Virus record (IMG/VR): IMGVR_UViG_3300027963_005227
Coordinates: 1 to 64,000 of that record
DNA length: 64,000 nucleotides
Reading direction: 5' to 3' (one strand)
Source of the DNA: an uncultured virus (IMG/VR IMGVR_UViG_3300027963_005227)
Taxonomy: Duplodnaviria > Heunggongvirae > Uroviricota > Caudoviricetes
This document shows positions 39,462 through 47,773 of the stretch, in pieces. Position numbers and translations under genes: made by a program. How positions within the stretch are numbered: position 1 is the stretch's first letter; every line of letters starts with the position of its first letter. The notes under the pieces are model-generated. The model saw only the letters and a program-made list of their open reading frames with translations. It did no database searches and had not been told where the DNA came from.

Positions 39462-40214
39462 ATGCTCGCTCTCTTCAAATCCAGTTGTTCTATTGGACGC
39501 AGTATCCTAACTCTAAATGATCCTAATAATTGTCATGAGAATGGACCAGATAGCATTTTCTCCATTGCTGTTGAGAATGATTTAAAAACAGTTACTCTTG
39601 TGGAAGATTCCATGGTTGGATTTTTCGATGCATTTAGAATCAGTCAAGCTCTTGGAATTCAATTGATTTTTGGATTACGATTCTCCTGCTGCGATCAGCT
39701 TGATAGTCTAACATCTAATCATAAATTAATTGCATTTGCTAAAAATGATCAAGGATGTAAAGACTTGTACAGTCTCTACTCTAAAATTTATGTTGATTTT
39801 AATGGCAAAATTACTCATGAGCAATTGCAATTAGCATGGACTGATAACTTAAAATTAGCTGTTCCATTCTATGATTCATTCATTCATCAGAATAATTTTT
39901 ACTTTCAAAGCTGCATTCAAGAGTTTGGAAATATTAAGCCAGTCTTTTTTATAGAGTCTAATAATCTTCCATTCGATGATGCTCTGGAAAGAGAAGTTTT
40001 AAAATTTACTGAAAACGGCAAAAAGTTTGAAGTGCAAAAAACTAAATCTATTTATTATAAAGATAAGTGCGATGTAGAAGCTTTTCAAACTTATAAAATT
40101 ATTTGTAATCGAACCTTTGGTCGCCAAGCTACACTGTCCTCTCCTAATCTAAATCACTTCGGAAGTGATGAGTTTTGTTGGGAATCTTATCTAGAACAAA
40201 CTAATGAACGATAA
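39462..40214 (+). CDS. Stand-alone PHP domain of DNA polymerase III alpha
   Basis: S..S...S, LVEDSM.GF, IFG, L.A.AKN.QG...L resemble the DnaE N-terminus. Metal-binding His residues are absent. Confidence 0.75.
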   Translation: MLALFKSSCSIGRSILTLNDPNNCHENGPDSIFSIAVENDLKTVTLVEDSMVGFFDAFRISQALGIQLIFGLRFSCCDQLDSLTSNHKLIAFAKNDQGCKDLYSLYSKIYVDFNGKITHEQLQLAWTDNLKLAVPFYDSFIHQNNFYFQSCIQEFGNIKPVFFIESNNLPFDDALEREVLKFTENGKKFEVQKTKSIYYKDKCDVEAFQTYKIICNRTFGRQATLSSPNLNHFGSDEFCWESYLEQTNER

Positions 40215-40836
40215 TCTACTTCGCTTTAATAATTCTCAAAAATATATAGCACTCGACACTGAGACAGAAGGACTAAATCTAGTAAAGTCTAGACCATGGC
40301 AAGTTGCGTGGATTATTGCAGAAGGCAAACAAATCAAATCCAAGCACAGTCACTTTATCAAGTGGCCGAATCTAACAGTATCTGAAGGTGCTGCTAAAGT
40401 TACTGGATTCTCCATGGAGAAATATGAAAGACTCGCAGAAGATCCAATGGAAGTTTTTAATAAGCTAAAGCCTTATCTTTACAATCCAGAGTATAAAATA
40501 ATTGGGCAGAATCTTCTGGGGTTTGATGTTTATATGATTAATATCTGGAGAAAAGAAATGGGATTAAAATCAGACTACTCTTTCATTGATCGAATCATTG
40601 ATACTAAATCAATTGCTGCTGCAATCTTTAAAAATATTTGGCCCGATAAGAGCAACTTTACTAGCTGGCAATATAAACTTCTTCATGTTAAAGAGAAGGG
40701 TCTTAAAACATCTCAATTGACCTTGCTCAAGCATTATGGCATCTCATTTGATCAGAGCAAGTTGCACGATGCCCTTTACGATATTGAAATGAACTTCGAT
40801 ATTTTCCTCAAACAAATTTACGACATTGAAATATGA
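40204..40836 (+). CDS. DEDDh 3'-5' exonuclease (DnaQ-like)
   Basis: DTETEG, N..GFD, IDT and HDALYD motifs. Confidence 0.9.
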   Translation: MNDNLLRFNNSQKYIALDTETEGLNLVKSRPWQVAWIIAEGKQIKSKHSHFIKWPNLTVSEGAAKVTGFSMEKYERLAEDPMEVFNKLKPYLYNPEYKIIGQNLLGFDVYMINIWRKEMGLKSDYSFIDRIIDTKSIAAAIFKNIWPDKSNFTSWQYKLLHVKEKGLKTSQLTLLKHYGISFDQSKLHDALYDIEMNFDIFLKQIYDIEI

Positions 40837-42617
40837 TTACTAGTTTTTCTCCTTACAAAAGTCCATTTCCAGCGGGGGTTAAACTTCCAGAAATTCGTGT
40901 AGATCAAAAATACTACGATCTTCTTGGATGCCAATCAAGCATTTCTAATTTTAACTTTTTGCGCAAGCTTTGCTTTGAAGGCGTTAAGAAGAGAAAAATT
41001 GACGAGCTTCCAAACAAGCAAGTTTATTATGAAAGATTAACAATGGAACTGTCAATCCTAAAGGAATTAGGATTCATTGATTATATTCTTTTGAATTGGG
41101 ATGTTATCAACTATTGTCATGAGAATAAAATCCCAGTGGGTGCGGGGCGTGGAAGTGCTCCAGGCAGTTTAGTCCTGTATTGCATCTCAGTTACAAACAT
41201 TGATCCAATCAAATACGATCTCTTCTTTGAACGATTTGTTTCTAAAAGCAGAGCTAAAATCATTGAAAGCGAAGGAGAGATTTATCTAGACGGATCTCTT
41301 CTCGCAGACATTGATAATGACATTAGTTATGAGCGCAGAAATGAAGTGATTGAATATATTAATAATAAATACAAAGGAAAAACTTCTAAAATTCTCACAA
41401 TGAACACTTTGAGCGGCAAGCTTTGTGTTAAAGAGTGTGGAAAAATTGTTGCTGAAATGTCAGAAACAGAGGTGAACATCATTAGTGATTCTATTCCCAA
41501 AAAGTTTGGAAAAGTTTTCAAGCTAAAAGATGCTTTTGAAGAGAGCGAAGTTTTTAAAACTTTCGCCTTATCTCACAAAAAAGTATATACCATTGCCAAC
41601 AAACTAGAGGGTTTGAATAAGAATACTGGAGTTCATCCTTCAGGAATTGCAATTAGTTTTTATAATCTTCCAGACATTATGCCAATCCAAAAGACTGGCG
41701 AAGATGCTATTGTATCTGGATACGACATGAACAGCGTCTCAGCATTAACTGTTAAATTCGACATCTTAGGACTTAGAACTCTGTCGGTAATTCATGATGT
41801 TTGTTCTATGATCGGAATTAACGTGGACGACATTAATGTTGAAGATCCTAGCATTTATGCAGCGATGCAAATCTTGAAAAGTCCCAAGGGATTGTTTCAA
41901 ATTGAAGCTGATACGAACTTTCGAGTAGCTCAAAAAGTAGCTCCGAAAAATCTTCAAGAATTATCTGCTGTTGTAGCCTTAGCGCGACCTGGAGCTTTAG
42001 ACTTTGTTGATCGTTATGCAGACTATTCTCGCACTGGAGAGTTTCAATCTATTCATCCATTCTTTGATGATGTGCTTTCATCTACTGGTGGATTATGTTT
42101 ATACCAAGAACAAACACTTCAAATGTGTAAGAAAATTGGATTCAGCTTGGATGAAGCTGAACAGCTTAGAAGAATTATTGGCAAAAAGAAAGTTGATCAA
42201 ATGGTTGTCTGGCAAGATAAAATTAAAAATAAAATTATAGAAAATGATCTAGATCCAATTGTTGGAGATGTTTTTTGGAAGGTTGCATCAGACTCTGCAA
42301 ATTATAGTTTTAATAAGTGCATTTTTGAAGAAGAGACGGTTGAATTAGATTCGGGAGAAATAAAAATGTTGAAAGATATTAACTATGGAGATTATATAAA
42401 AGCTTTCGATATTCAAAACGAGCAGGATCATTATGTTCGAGTATTAGATATAGTGAAAAATGAAAAAGAAATTTTTGAATTTGAAATGGAGAATGGGGTT
42501 TCTATCAAATGCTCTATGGAGCATAAGTTTTTATGTGAGCATGATTTAAAAATGCATCCTATTAAAGATATCCTTGAAAATAATTGGCTAATTATGTGTA
42601 ATAAGAATATCATTTAG
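40833..42617 (+). CDS. dnaE: DNA polymerase III alpha, N-terminal part fused to split intein N-half
   Basis: GRGSA.GSLV, FERF, DIDND, HPSG, KFDILGL, RPG, YQEQ and YSFNK|C motifs. Confidence 0.95.
   Translation: MITSFSPYKSPFPAGVKLPEIRVDQKYYDLLGCQSSISNFNFLRKLCFEGVKKRKIDELPNKQVYYERLTMELSILKELGFIDYILLNWDVINYCHENKIPVGAGRGSAPGSLVLYCISVTNIDPIKYDLFFERFVSKSRAKIIESEGEIYLDGSLLADIDNDISYERRNEVIEYINNKYKGKTSKILTMNTLSGKLCVKECGKIVAEMSETEVNIISDSIPKKFGKVFKLKDAFEESEVFKTFALSHKKVYTIANKLEGLNKNTGVHPSGIAISFYNLPDIMPIQKTGEDAIVSGYDMNSVSALTVKFDILGLRTLSVIHDVCSMIGINVDDINVEDPSIYAAMQILKSPKGLFQIEADTNFRVAQKVAPKNLQELSAVVALARPGALDFVDRYADYSRTGEFQSIHPFFDDVLSSTGGLCLYQEQTLQMCKKIGFSLDEAEQLRRIIGKKKVDQMVVWQDKIKNKIIENDLDPIVGDVFWKVASDSANYSFNKCIFEEETVELDSGEIKMLKDINYGDYIKAFDIQNEQDHYVRVLDIVKNEKEIFEFEMENGVSIKCSMEHKFLCEHDLKMHPIKDILENNWLIMCNKNII
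42318..42614 (+). mobile_element. Split intein N-half (99 aa)
   Basis: Block A CIFEEETV and block B IKCSMEHKFL, followed by a stop. Confidence 0.93.
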
Positions 42618-42886
42618 TATATTTTTCTTTAGATTTTGCATTTCCTGAATTTAAAATTGCAATCGAATGCCAAGGAACTTATTTTCATATAGATCCTCGA
42701 TTCTATCCAAATGGACCATCTGGGAAAATACAAAAAAGAAACTTTGGAAGAGATAAATCTAAGAAAAAATTTCTTGACAAAAAGGGTTGGACTATGATAG
42801 AGTTATGGGAGACTGAAATAAATAACGAAGAATTTAAAAATATTTTAACATGCAAGCTACAAGAATTAAATCTTTTAAACAATTAG
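42605..42886 (+). pseudogene. 5'-deleted Vsr/DUF559-like homing endonuclease between the dnaE halves
   Basis: Start-less frame EYHLVYFSLDFAFPEFKIAIECQGTYFHIDPRFYP...RDKSKKKFLDKKGWTMIELWETEI...LLNN*. Confidence 0.85.
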
Positions 42887-42963
42887 GTATTAAAAAAACT
42901 ATTGATTTGGAAGTCGATTCCATTGATCATAATTTTTATCTTAAAAACTTAATTACATCAAAT
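42850..42963 (+). mobile_element. Split intein C-half (38 aa)
   Basis: MQATRIKSFKQLGIKKTIDLEVDSIDHNFYLKNLITSN|S contains blocks F and G. Confidence 0.93.
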
Positions 42964-44037
42964 TCACATTCGATTTCATATGCGAATCTTGCAGCTATTA
43001 CAATTTATTTAAAATTCAATTATCCACAACAGTTTTATTTGAGTCTCTTAAAGTACGCTCAATTTGAACCAAATCCCCATGAAGAAATCTCGAAAATAAC
43101 ACAAGAGCTTCCATTGTTTGGCATCAAGCTTTTAGCTCCAGACTTGGCTCAGTCTGAAATTGATTTTAAAATTCAAGGAAACGATATTCGTTACGGATTA
43201 AACTCTATTAAAGGAGTGTCTACTAAATCATTAGAGAGTTTGATTGAGTTTCGCGAAGGGCAGTTCAATAACAAGTACGAGGTCTTTTTAGCTGCCAAGC
43301 AAGCAGGGCTTAATATTGGCGTCTTATCCGCTTTGATTCAAGCTGGGGTACTTGATCACTTCTTGAATAAAGACCGCTGTAGGCTTGTCCTAGAGGCGCA
43401 GGCGTTCAACCTACTCACTGACAAGGAGAAGCGTAGCGTGATAGCTCTTGGAGAGCGCTTCAACTATGATGTTTTGAAGTGCATTCACGAATGCACAACT
43501 CAATCTCTTGTAGACGATAACAATAAATTAATCTTTTCGGAAAAGAGATTCACCACTTTTAAATCAAAATACGAACCATACAAAGTAATTTATGAAAAAA
43601 ATCATAAACACTTAAAATTCGCTAATTGGTATTTTGAAACTAAGCTACTGGGATACAGTCACTCTACAAACATTAGAGAAGTTTTTACTGAAAACTCTGG
43701 AGAAACATTAATTTCTTCTAGTGGAATTTCTGAGCTTGGAAACAATGAAAAAATTAAATTTGTCGGAACTGTGAGTGATGTAACCTCTAGAACTAGCGCG
43801 AGAGGAAATAAATATGCTAGATTAGAAATGTCTGATGAATCTGGAAATTTGACAGGACTCATGATGGATTCTACGCAAAATGCAACATACTCTAATTTTC
43901 TTCAATCTGGCAAGGCTCTTCCCAAAAAAGGAGAAGTTATCATCTTGACTGGAAGAAAAAGCAATGATATCATCAGCATCAGTAGCCTCTCGCCCTTAGA
44001 AGATAAAATTTATATGAAGCTATCTGATATAAAGTAA
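42850..44037 (+). CDS. dnaE: DNA polymerase III alpha, C-terminal part preceded by split intein C-half
   Basis: SN|SHSISYA..YLK..YP, IRYGL.SIKGV and LI.AG..D motifs; OB-fold C-terminus. Confidence 0.93.
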   Translation: MQATRIKSFKQLGIKKTIDLEVDSIDHNFYLKNLITSNSHSISYANLAAITIYLKFNYPQQFYLSLLKYAQFEPNPHEEISKITQELPLFGIKLLAPDLAQSEIDFKIQGNDIRYGLNSIKGVSTKSLESLIEFREGQFNNKYEVFLAAKQAGLNIGVLSALIQAGVLDHFLNKDRCRLVLEAQAFNLLTDKEKRSVIALGERFNYDVLKCIHECTTQSLVDDNNKLIFSEKRFTTFKSKYEPYKVIYEKNHKHLKFANWYFETKLLGYSHSTNIREVFTENSGETLISSSGISELGNNEKIKFVGTVSDVTSRTSARGNKYARLEMSDESGNLTGLMMDSTQNATYSNFLQSGKALPKKGEVIILTGRKSNDIISISSLSPLEDKIYMKLSDIK

Positions 44038-44050
44038 AGTGTAAAATTTT

Positions 44051-46354
44051 ATGATGGATATTAATAATATTAAGTTTACTCCTAGTGTTGAAAGAGCATT
44101 CAATGAGGCTAAAATAAAAGTCTCTAGTAGTGATCAACATATTGTTAATAATTGTTATTTATTTTGCAGCGCATGGCAAAATGCTAATAAAAATTTTAAA
44201 GAGTACATTTTTTCTCGCGGACTAGAATTATCAGATGAGAAAGTAGATAGATTCATTTCTAGATTTTCTCTAAAGTATCCTTATTTATTTGACTCAGATA
44301 AAAAAGAAGTTGTCTTTAGCAGTTCCACTACCACTTCAATTGCTGAATCTTTGAGTTTTGCCCATAAAAAGAATAATTATTTTATTGGAGTTGAGCATAT
44401 ATTATATGGAATTCTCAGTACTACAGATGAATTTTGCAGTTTTCTTTTAACTCAAGATGTTGATACAGAACATTTTAAAACTTGCATTGAATCTTTTATA
44501 TCTGGAAATATTTTTGCAGATGATGAGAGCGAATATGATGATGAGGATGAAGATTATGAAGATGACGATGATGAGTCTCCAGATGGAGTAGCAAATGATT
44601 ACGGAGATCAAGAATATGGTTATCTGAAAAAATTTGGAAGCATTTTAAATGACGAAGTTAATCAACCATCGTTTCCAAAAATTTCTGGGAGAGATTATGA
44701 AATTGGATTAATCGAACAGTCTCTTTGTAGAAAAGTAAAGAGTAATTGTATTCTAGTTGGAGAAGCTGGAACTGGCAAAACTAGCATAGTAGAGGGATTT
44801 GCTCAATTGATATCTACCGAAGAGTATTCTGGACCACTGCAAAACAATAAAATCTACAGTCTCGACATGGGACTCTTGACTGCTGGAACTAGATATAGGG
44901 GTCAATTAGAAGATCGCTTAACAAAAGTAATTAAACATCTAAAACTGCATAAAGAACTCATTGTTTTCATTGATGAGATTCACACAATGATTGGCACTGG
45001 CAATAAAGGGTACTCTTTAGATGTTGCAAATATGATTAAACCCGCTCTTGCTAGAGGAGAAATCAAGTGCATTGGAGCTACAACAATTGAAGAATATAAA
45101 AAAGTCTTTGAAAAAGATTCAGCATTAGCTAGAAGATTTGATGTTATTAACATTGATGAACCATCAAAATCAATGACTAAACAAATGTCAATACAAGCTC
45201 TTCCTAGTTATGAAAAATTTCATGAAGTTAAATATTCAGAAAATGCTTTAAATTTAACAATTGATTTATGTGAAACTTATTTGCCGCATAAAAGATTTCC
45301 TGATAAAGTTTTTGATATTATTGATCAAGTTTCTGCAAAAACAAAAATCAAAAATAAAAAAAGTACAATTCCCAAAGTGTCTTTAGATTGTATTTATGAA
45401 GTAGTTGCTAGTAAAATTAATATTGACGTTGATTCTATGAAGCAGAACTATAATAATGCTTTCCATAATTTTGAACTTGATTTAAATAAAAAAATCTTGG
45501 GTCAAGAGAAAAACATTTCTAAAATATATAATGTTTTAAGCTGCTCAAAATTTGGATTTCAAAAACCTAATAAGCCAATTGCTAGCTTATTTTTTGTAGG
45601 ACCAACTAGTGTTGGCAAAACTTTTACAGCAAAAGAAATTGCTTGCAAATTCTACGGTAATCCCAAAAATATTCTTCAATTAAACATGAGTGAATATCAA
45701 GAGCCAGCTTCTATTTCTAAACTGATTGGAACTAGTGCTGGATATGTTGGATTTGAAGAGGGCGGAATTTTAACAGAATTTGTTCGCAAAAATCCTAATT
45801 CTGTTATTCTATTTGATGAAGTAGATAAATGCCATAAAAATATTCTAGATCTTCTTTTGCAGATTCTTGATGAAGCTTCTATATCTGATAATTTTAATCG
45901 TAAAATTAACTTCTCTAGATGCATCGTTATTATGACTAGTAACATTGGCAATGAAGATGCTGGGCAAAAGCAAGTTGGATTCATTCCTCAAAAAGTTTCC
46001 ACTGAAGACTCGTTCTTAGCTTCTGTAAAAAAATATTTAAGACCAGAACTTATTGCAAGAATCAATGAAATTATTGTTTTTCAAAATTTAGACATCTCTC
46101 ATTTTCAGCAAATTATTACCTCTAAGCTGAATGATATAAAAAGTATTTTGAAGAGCAAGGGTATTGAGTTAATATCTTGTAACAAGACTTTACTTTATCT
46201 ATCTAGTATTGTTAAAAAAGAAAATAATGCTCGTAATATCGATTCTATTATGAGAAATCAAATTGAAGCCCCCTTAGCAAAATTCTATTTAAAAAACTCA
46301 AAAATCTCAAAAATCTCTATTAAAGTTGTTGACAATAAGATCATATTGAGTTAA
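44051..46354 (+). CDS. ClpA/ClpC-like AAA+ ATPase
   Basis: Clp-N repeats (EHIL.GIL), GEAGTGKT, FIDEIH, GATT..EY, GPTSVGKT, LFDEVDK and a VGF loop. Confidence 0.9.
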   Translation: MMDINNIKFTPSVERAFNEAKIKVSSSDQHIVNNCYLFCSAWQNANKNFKEYIFSRGLELSDEKVDRFISRFSLKYPYLFDSDKKEVVFSSSTTTSIAESLSFAHKKNNYFIGVEHILYGILSTTDEFCSFLLTQDVDTEHFKTCIESFISGNIFADDESEYDDEDEDYEDDDDESPDGVANDYGDQEYGYLKKFGSILNDEVNQPSFPKISGRDYEIGLIEQSLCRKVKSNCILVGEAGTGKTSIVEGFAQLISTEEYSGPLQNNKIYSLDMGLLTAGTRYRGQLEDRLTKVIKHLKLHKELIVFIDEIHTMIGTGNKGYSLDVANMIKPALARGEIKCIGATTIEEYKKVFEKDSALARRFDVINIDEPSKSMTKQMSIQALPSYEKFHEVKYSENALNLTIDLCETYLPHKRFPDKVFDIIDQVSAKTKIKNKKSTIPKVSLDCIYEVVASKINIDVDSMKQNYNNAFHNFELDLNKKILGQEKNISKIYNVLSCSKFGFQKPNKPIASLFFVGPTSVGKTFTAKEIACKFYGNPKNILQLNMSEYQEPASISKLIGTSAGYVGFEEGGILTEFVRKNPNSVILFDEVDKCHKNILDLLLQILDEASISDNFNRKINFSRCIVIMTSNIGNEDAGQKQVGFIPQKVSTEDSFLASVKKYLRPELIARINEIIVFQNLDISHFQQIITSKLNDIKSILKSKGIELISCNKTLLYLSSIVKKENNARNIDSIMRNQIEAPLAKFYLKNSKISKISIKVVDNKIILS

Positions 46355-46357
46355 TAT
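46329..46357 (+). promoter_or_regulatory. Sigma70-type promoter
   Basis: TTGACA-17-TAATAT just upstream of the ATGs at 46359 and 46365. Confidence 0.5.
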
Positions 46358-46358
46358 C

Positions 46359-46628
46359 ATGAATATGACTAATACATCTAAACTCAATCAAAAAATTCCA
46401 TCTTATCTATGCTCCCTGCGCGAGGTAACTAATGCTGCCAGAGAGTCTGGTGGCAAATATTTTGGATTAGATACAATTCATGGCGAAACTATCAATGCTC
46501 GTTTCTTGGGAGAAACTAATTGTTACATGACATTTTATGATCGCAATGCTTCTATAGTGAGAAGTTTTAATAAAAAGTCTATTGCTAAGGTGCGAATTTG
46601 TAAAAATGAATATGTAGTTTGTCGATAG
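46359..46628 (+). CDS. Hypothetical protein
   Basis: Small ORF bracketed by a promoter and a terminator. Confidence 0.65.
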   Translation: MNMTNTSKLNQKIPSYLCSLREVTNAARESGGKYFGLDTIHGETINARFLGETNCYMTFYDRNASIVRSFNKKSIAKVRICKNEYVVCR

Positions 46629-46640
46629 GCATTAACTCAT

Positions 46641-46670
46641 GGGATGCGCTATTAGCGCATCCCTTTTTTT
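46641..46670 (+). terminator. Intrinsic terminator
   Basis: GGGATGCGCT-ATT-AGCGCATCCC-TTTTTTT. Confidence 0.9.
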
Positions 46671-46682
46671 ATATATAAATTT

Positions 46683-47765
46683 ATGGATTTAAAAAATTTA
46701 CTAAAAAATAAAACTTTCGTTTTTAATAGTGATGAGGGATCATCAACTGATTTTGAAGTTGTTTATGAAATTATTAAATTTTGTAAATTAGGAGAAATTT
46801 CTAGCGTTGAGTTTGTTACTGCTAATGTTAATTATGACTGCTATAAAGTTACAATTGATGATCAATCTTATTTTGTAAAATATAGTTTAGACTCTTCTTA
46901 TAAAGGATTTCAAAATGAGTATTCTATTTTAAATACTAATGAGTTTGCTTGGCAACCAACTATTATAGCTCATGGAACGTTAAAATTTGGTGATGAAATT
47001 GCTTATTCAGTAACATCTTTTGAATATGCAGAAACAATAAATGAAACTGGAAGATCTATTATTATAGAATTCTTGCCAGAGTTTATTGAAAATTACTTTT
47101 CATTACAAAATAAAAATCTTTCTAGAGATAATATAAACTCTTTTTTATCTAGAGTTTTATCAGAGTGTTCAGTAGCTAACTTGCCAGATGAAGTGGTTGA
47201 AGTTTTTAAAAGTAAAAATCAAATAGAAACAATCAATAAAATTTCTGAAGAAATTAAAAATGATATTAATAATTTTTACAATCCTTTTATTTTAGATAAA
47301 AAAGACTTGTGTCATGGAAATTTAAATTTAGAAAATATTCTATTTAGAGATGATAATTTTAAGTTTGTAAATTTTACAAAGAGTTTTACAAGTAATTTGT
47401 ACTTGGATGTGGCATCAATAATTATTAATTTTAATCTTGATAACGCTACTGAAAAACTAATTGTCAAGTCTTTTATAGACTATCAAGACTCAACTCTCTA
47501 TGAAGAAAAACTTAAAGAATATAATTGCTGCTATGAAATTATGATTCGAGTAAAAGCTCTAGAGAGTTTATTTGATTTGATTCAAGAAAGCTACTCTCTT
47601 GAATCTGAAAGACCATCTAAAATTATGAAAATCATTAGTTCTTTTTCTATTAATAGTTCTAGATTTATGAAAATACCAACGTTTAAAAAGCATTATGATT
47701 TCATCTATTCAACTATTTTAGAACCAATTATTGGACCCAAAGATAAAGAAGAAAATGAAGGATAA
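46683..47765 (+). CDS. APH/choline-kinase-fold protein (catalytic Asp residues replaced by Asn)
   Basis: YFVK....NEY..L, CHGNL..ENI and KFVNF motifs. Confidence 0.65.
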   Translation: MDLKNLLKNKTFVFNSDEGSSTDFEVVYEIIKFCKLGEISSVEFVTANVNYDCYKVTIDDQSYFVKYSLDSSYKGFQNEYSILNTNEFAWQPTIIAHGTLKFGDEIAYSVTSFEYAETINETGRSIIIEFLPEFIENYFSLQNKNLSRDNINSFLSRVLSECSVANLPDEVVEVFKSKNQIETINKISEEIKNDINNFYNPFILDKKDLCHGNLNLENILFRDDNFKFVNFTKSFTSNLYLDVASIIINFNLDNATEKLIVKSFIDYQDSTLYEEKLKEYNCCYEIMIRVKALESLFDLIQESYSLESERPSKIMKIISSFSINSSRFMKIPTFKKHYDFIYSTILEPIIGPKDKEENEG

Positions 47766-47773
47766 TTCGATGC

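Noticed and set aside
42605..42617. Programmed -1 frameshift fusing IntN to the nuclease remnant
   Set aside because: The frame geometry allows it, but there is no slippery heptamer or stimulatory structure.
42774..42803. Internal promoter for dnaE-C inside the nuclease remnant
   Set aside because: TTGACA is 13 nt from TATGAT or 18 nt from TAGAGT, which is too weak to call.
42615..42850. TAG readthrough or recoding that joins the two dnaE ORFs
   Set aside because: The dnaE-N frame meets further TAG codons and a TGA, and dnaE-C is in a different frame. Other genes end normally with all three stop codons.
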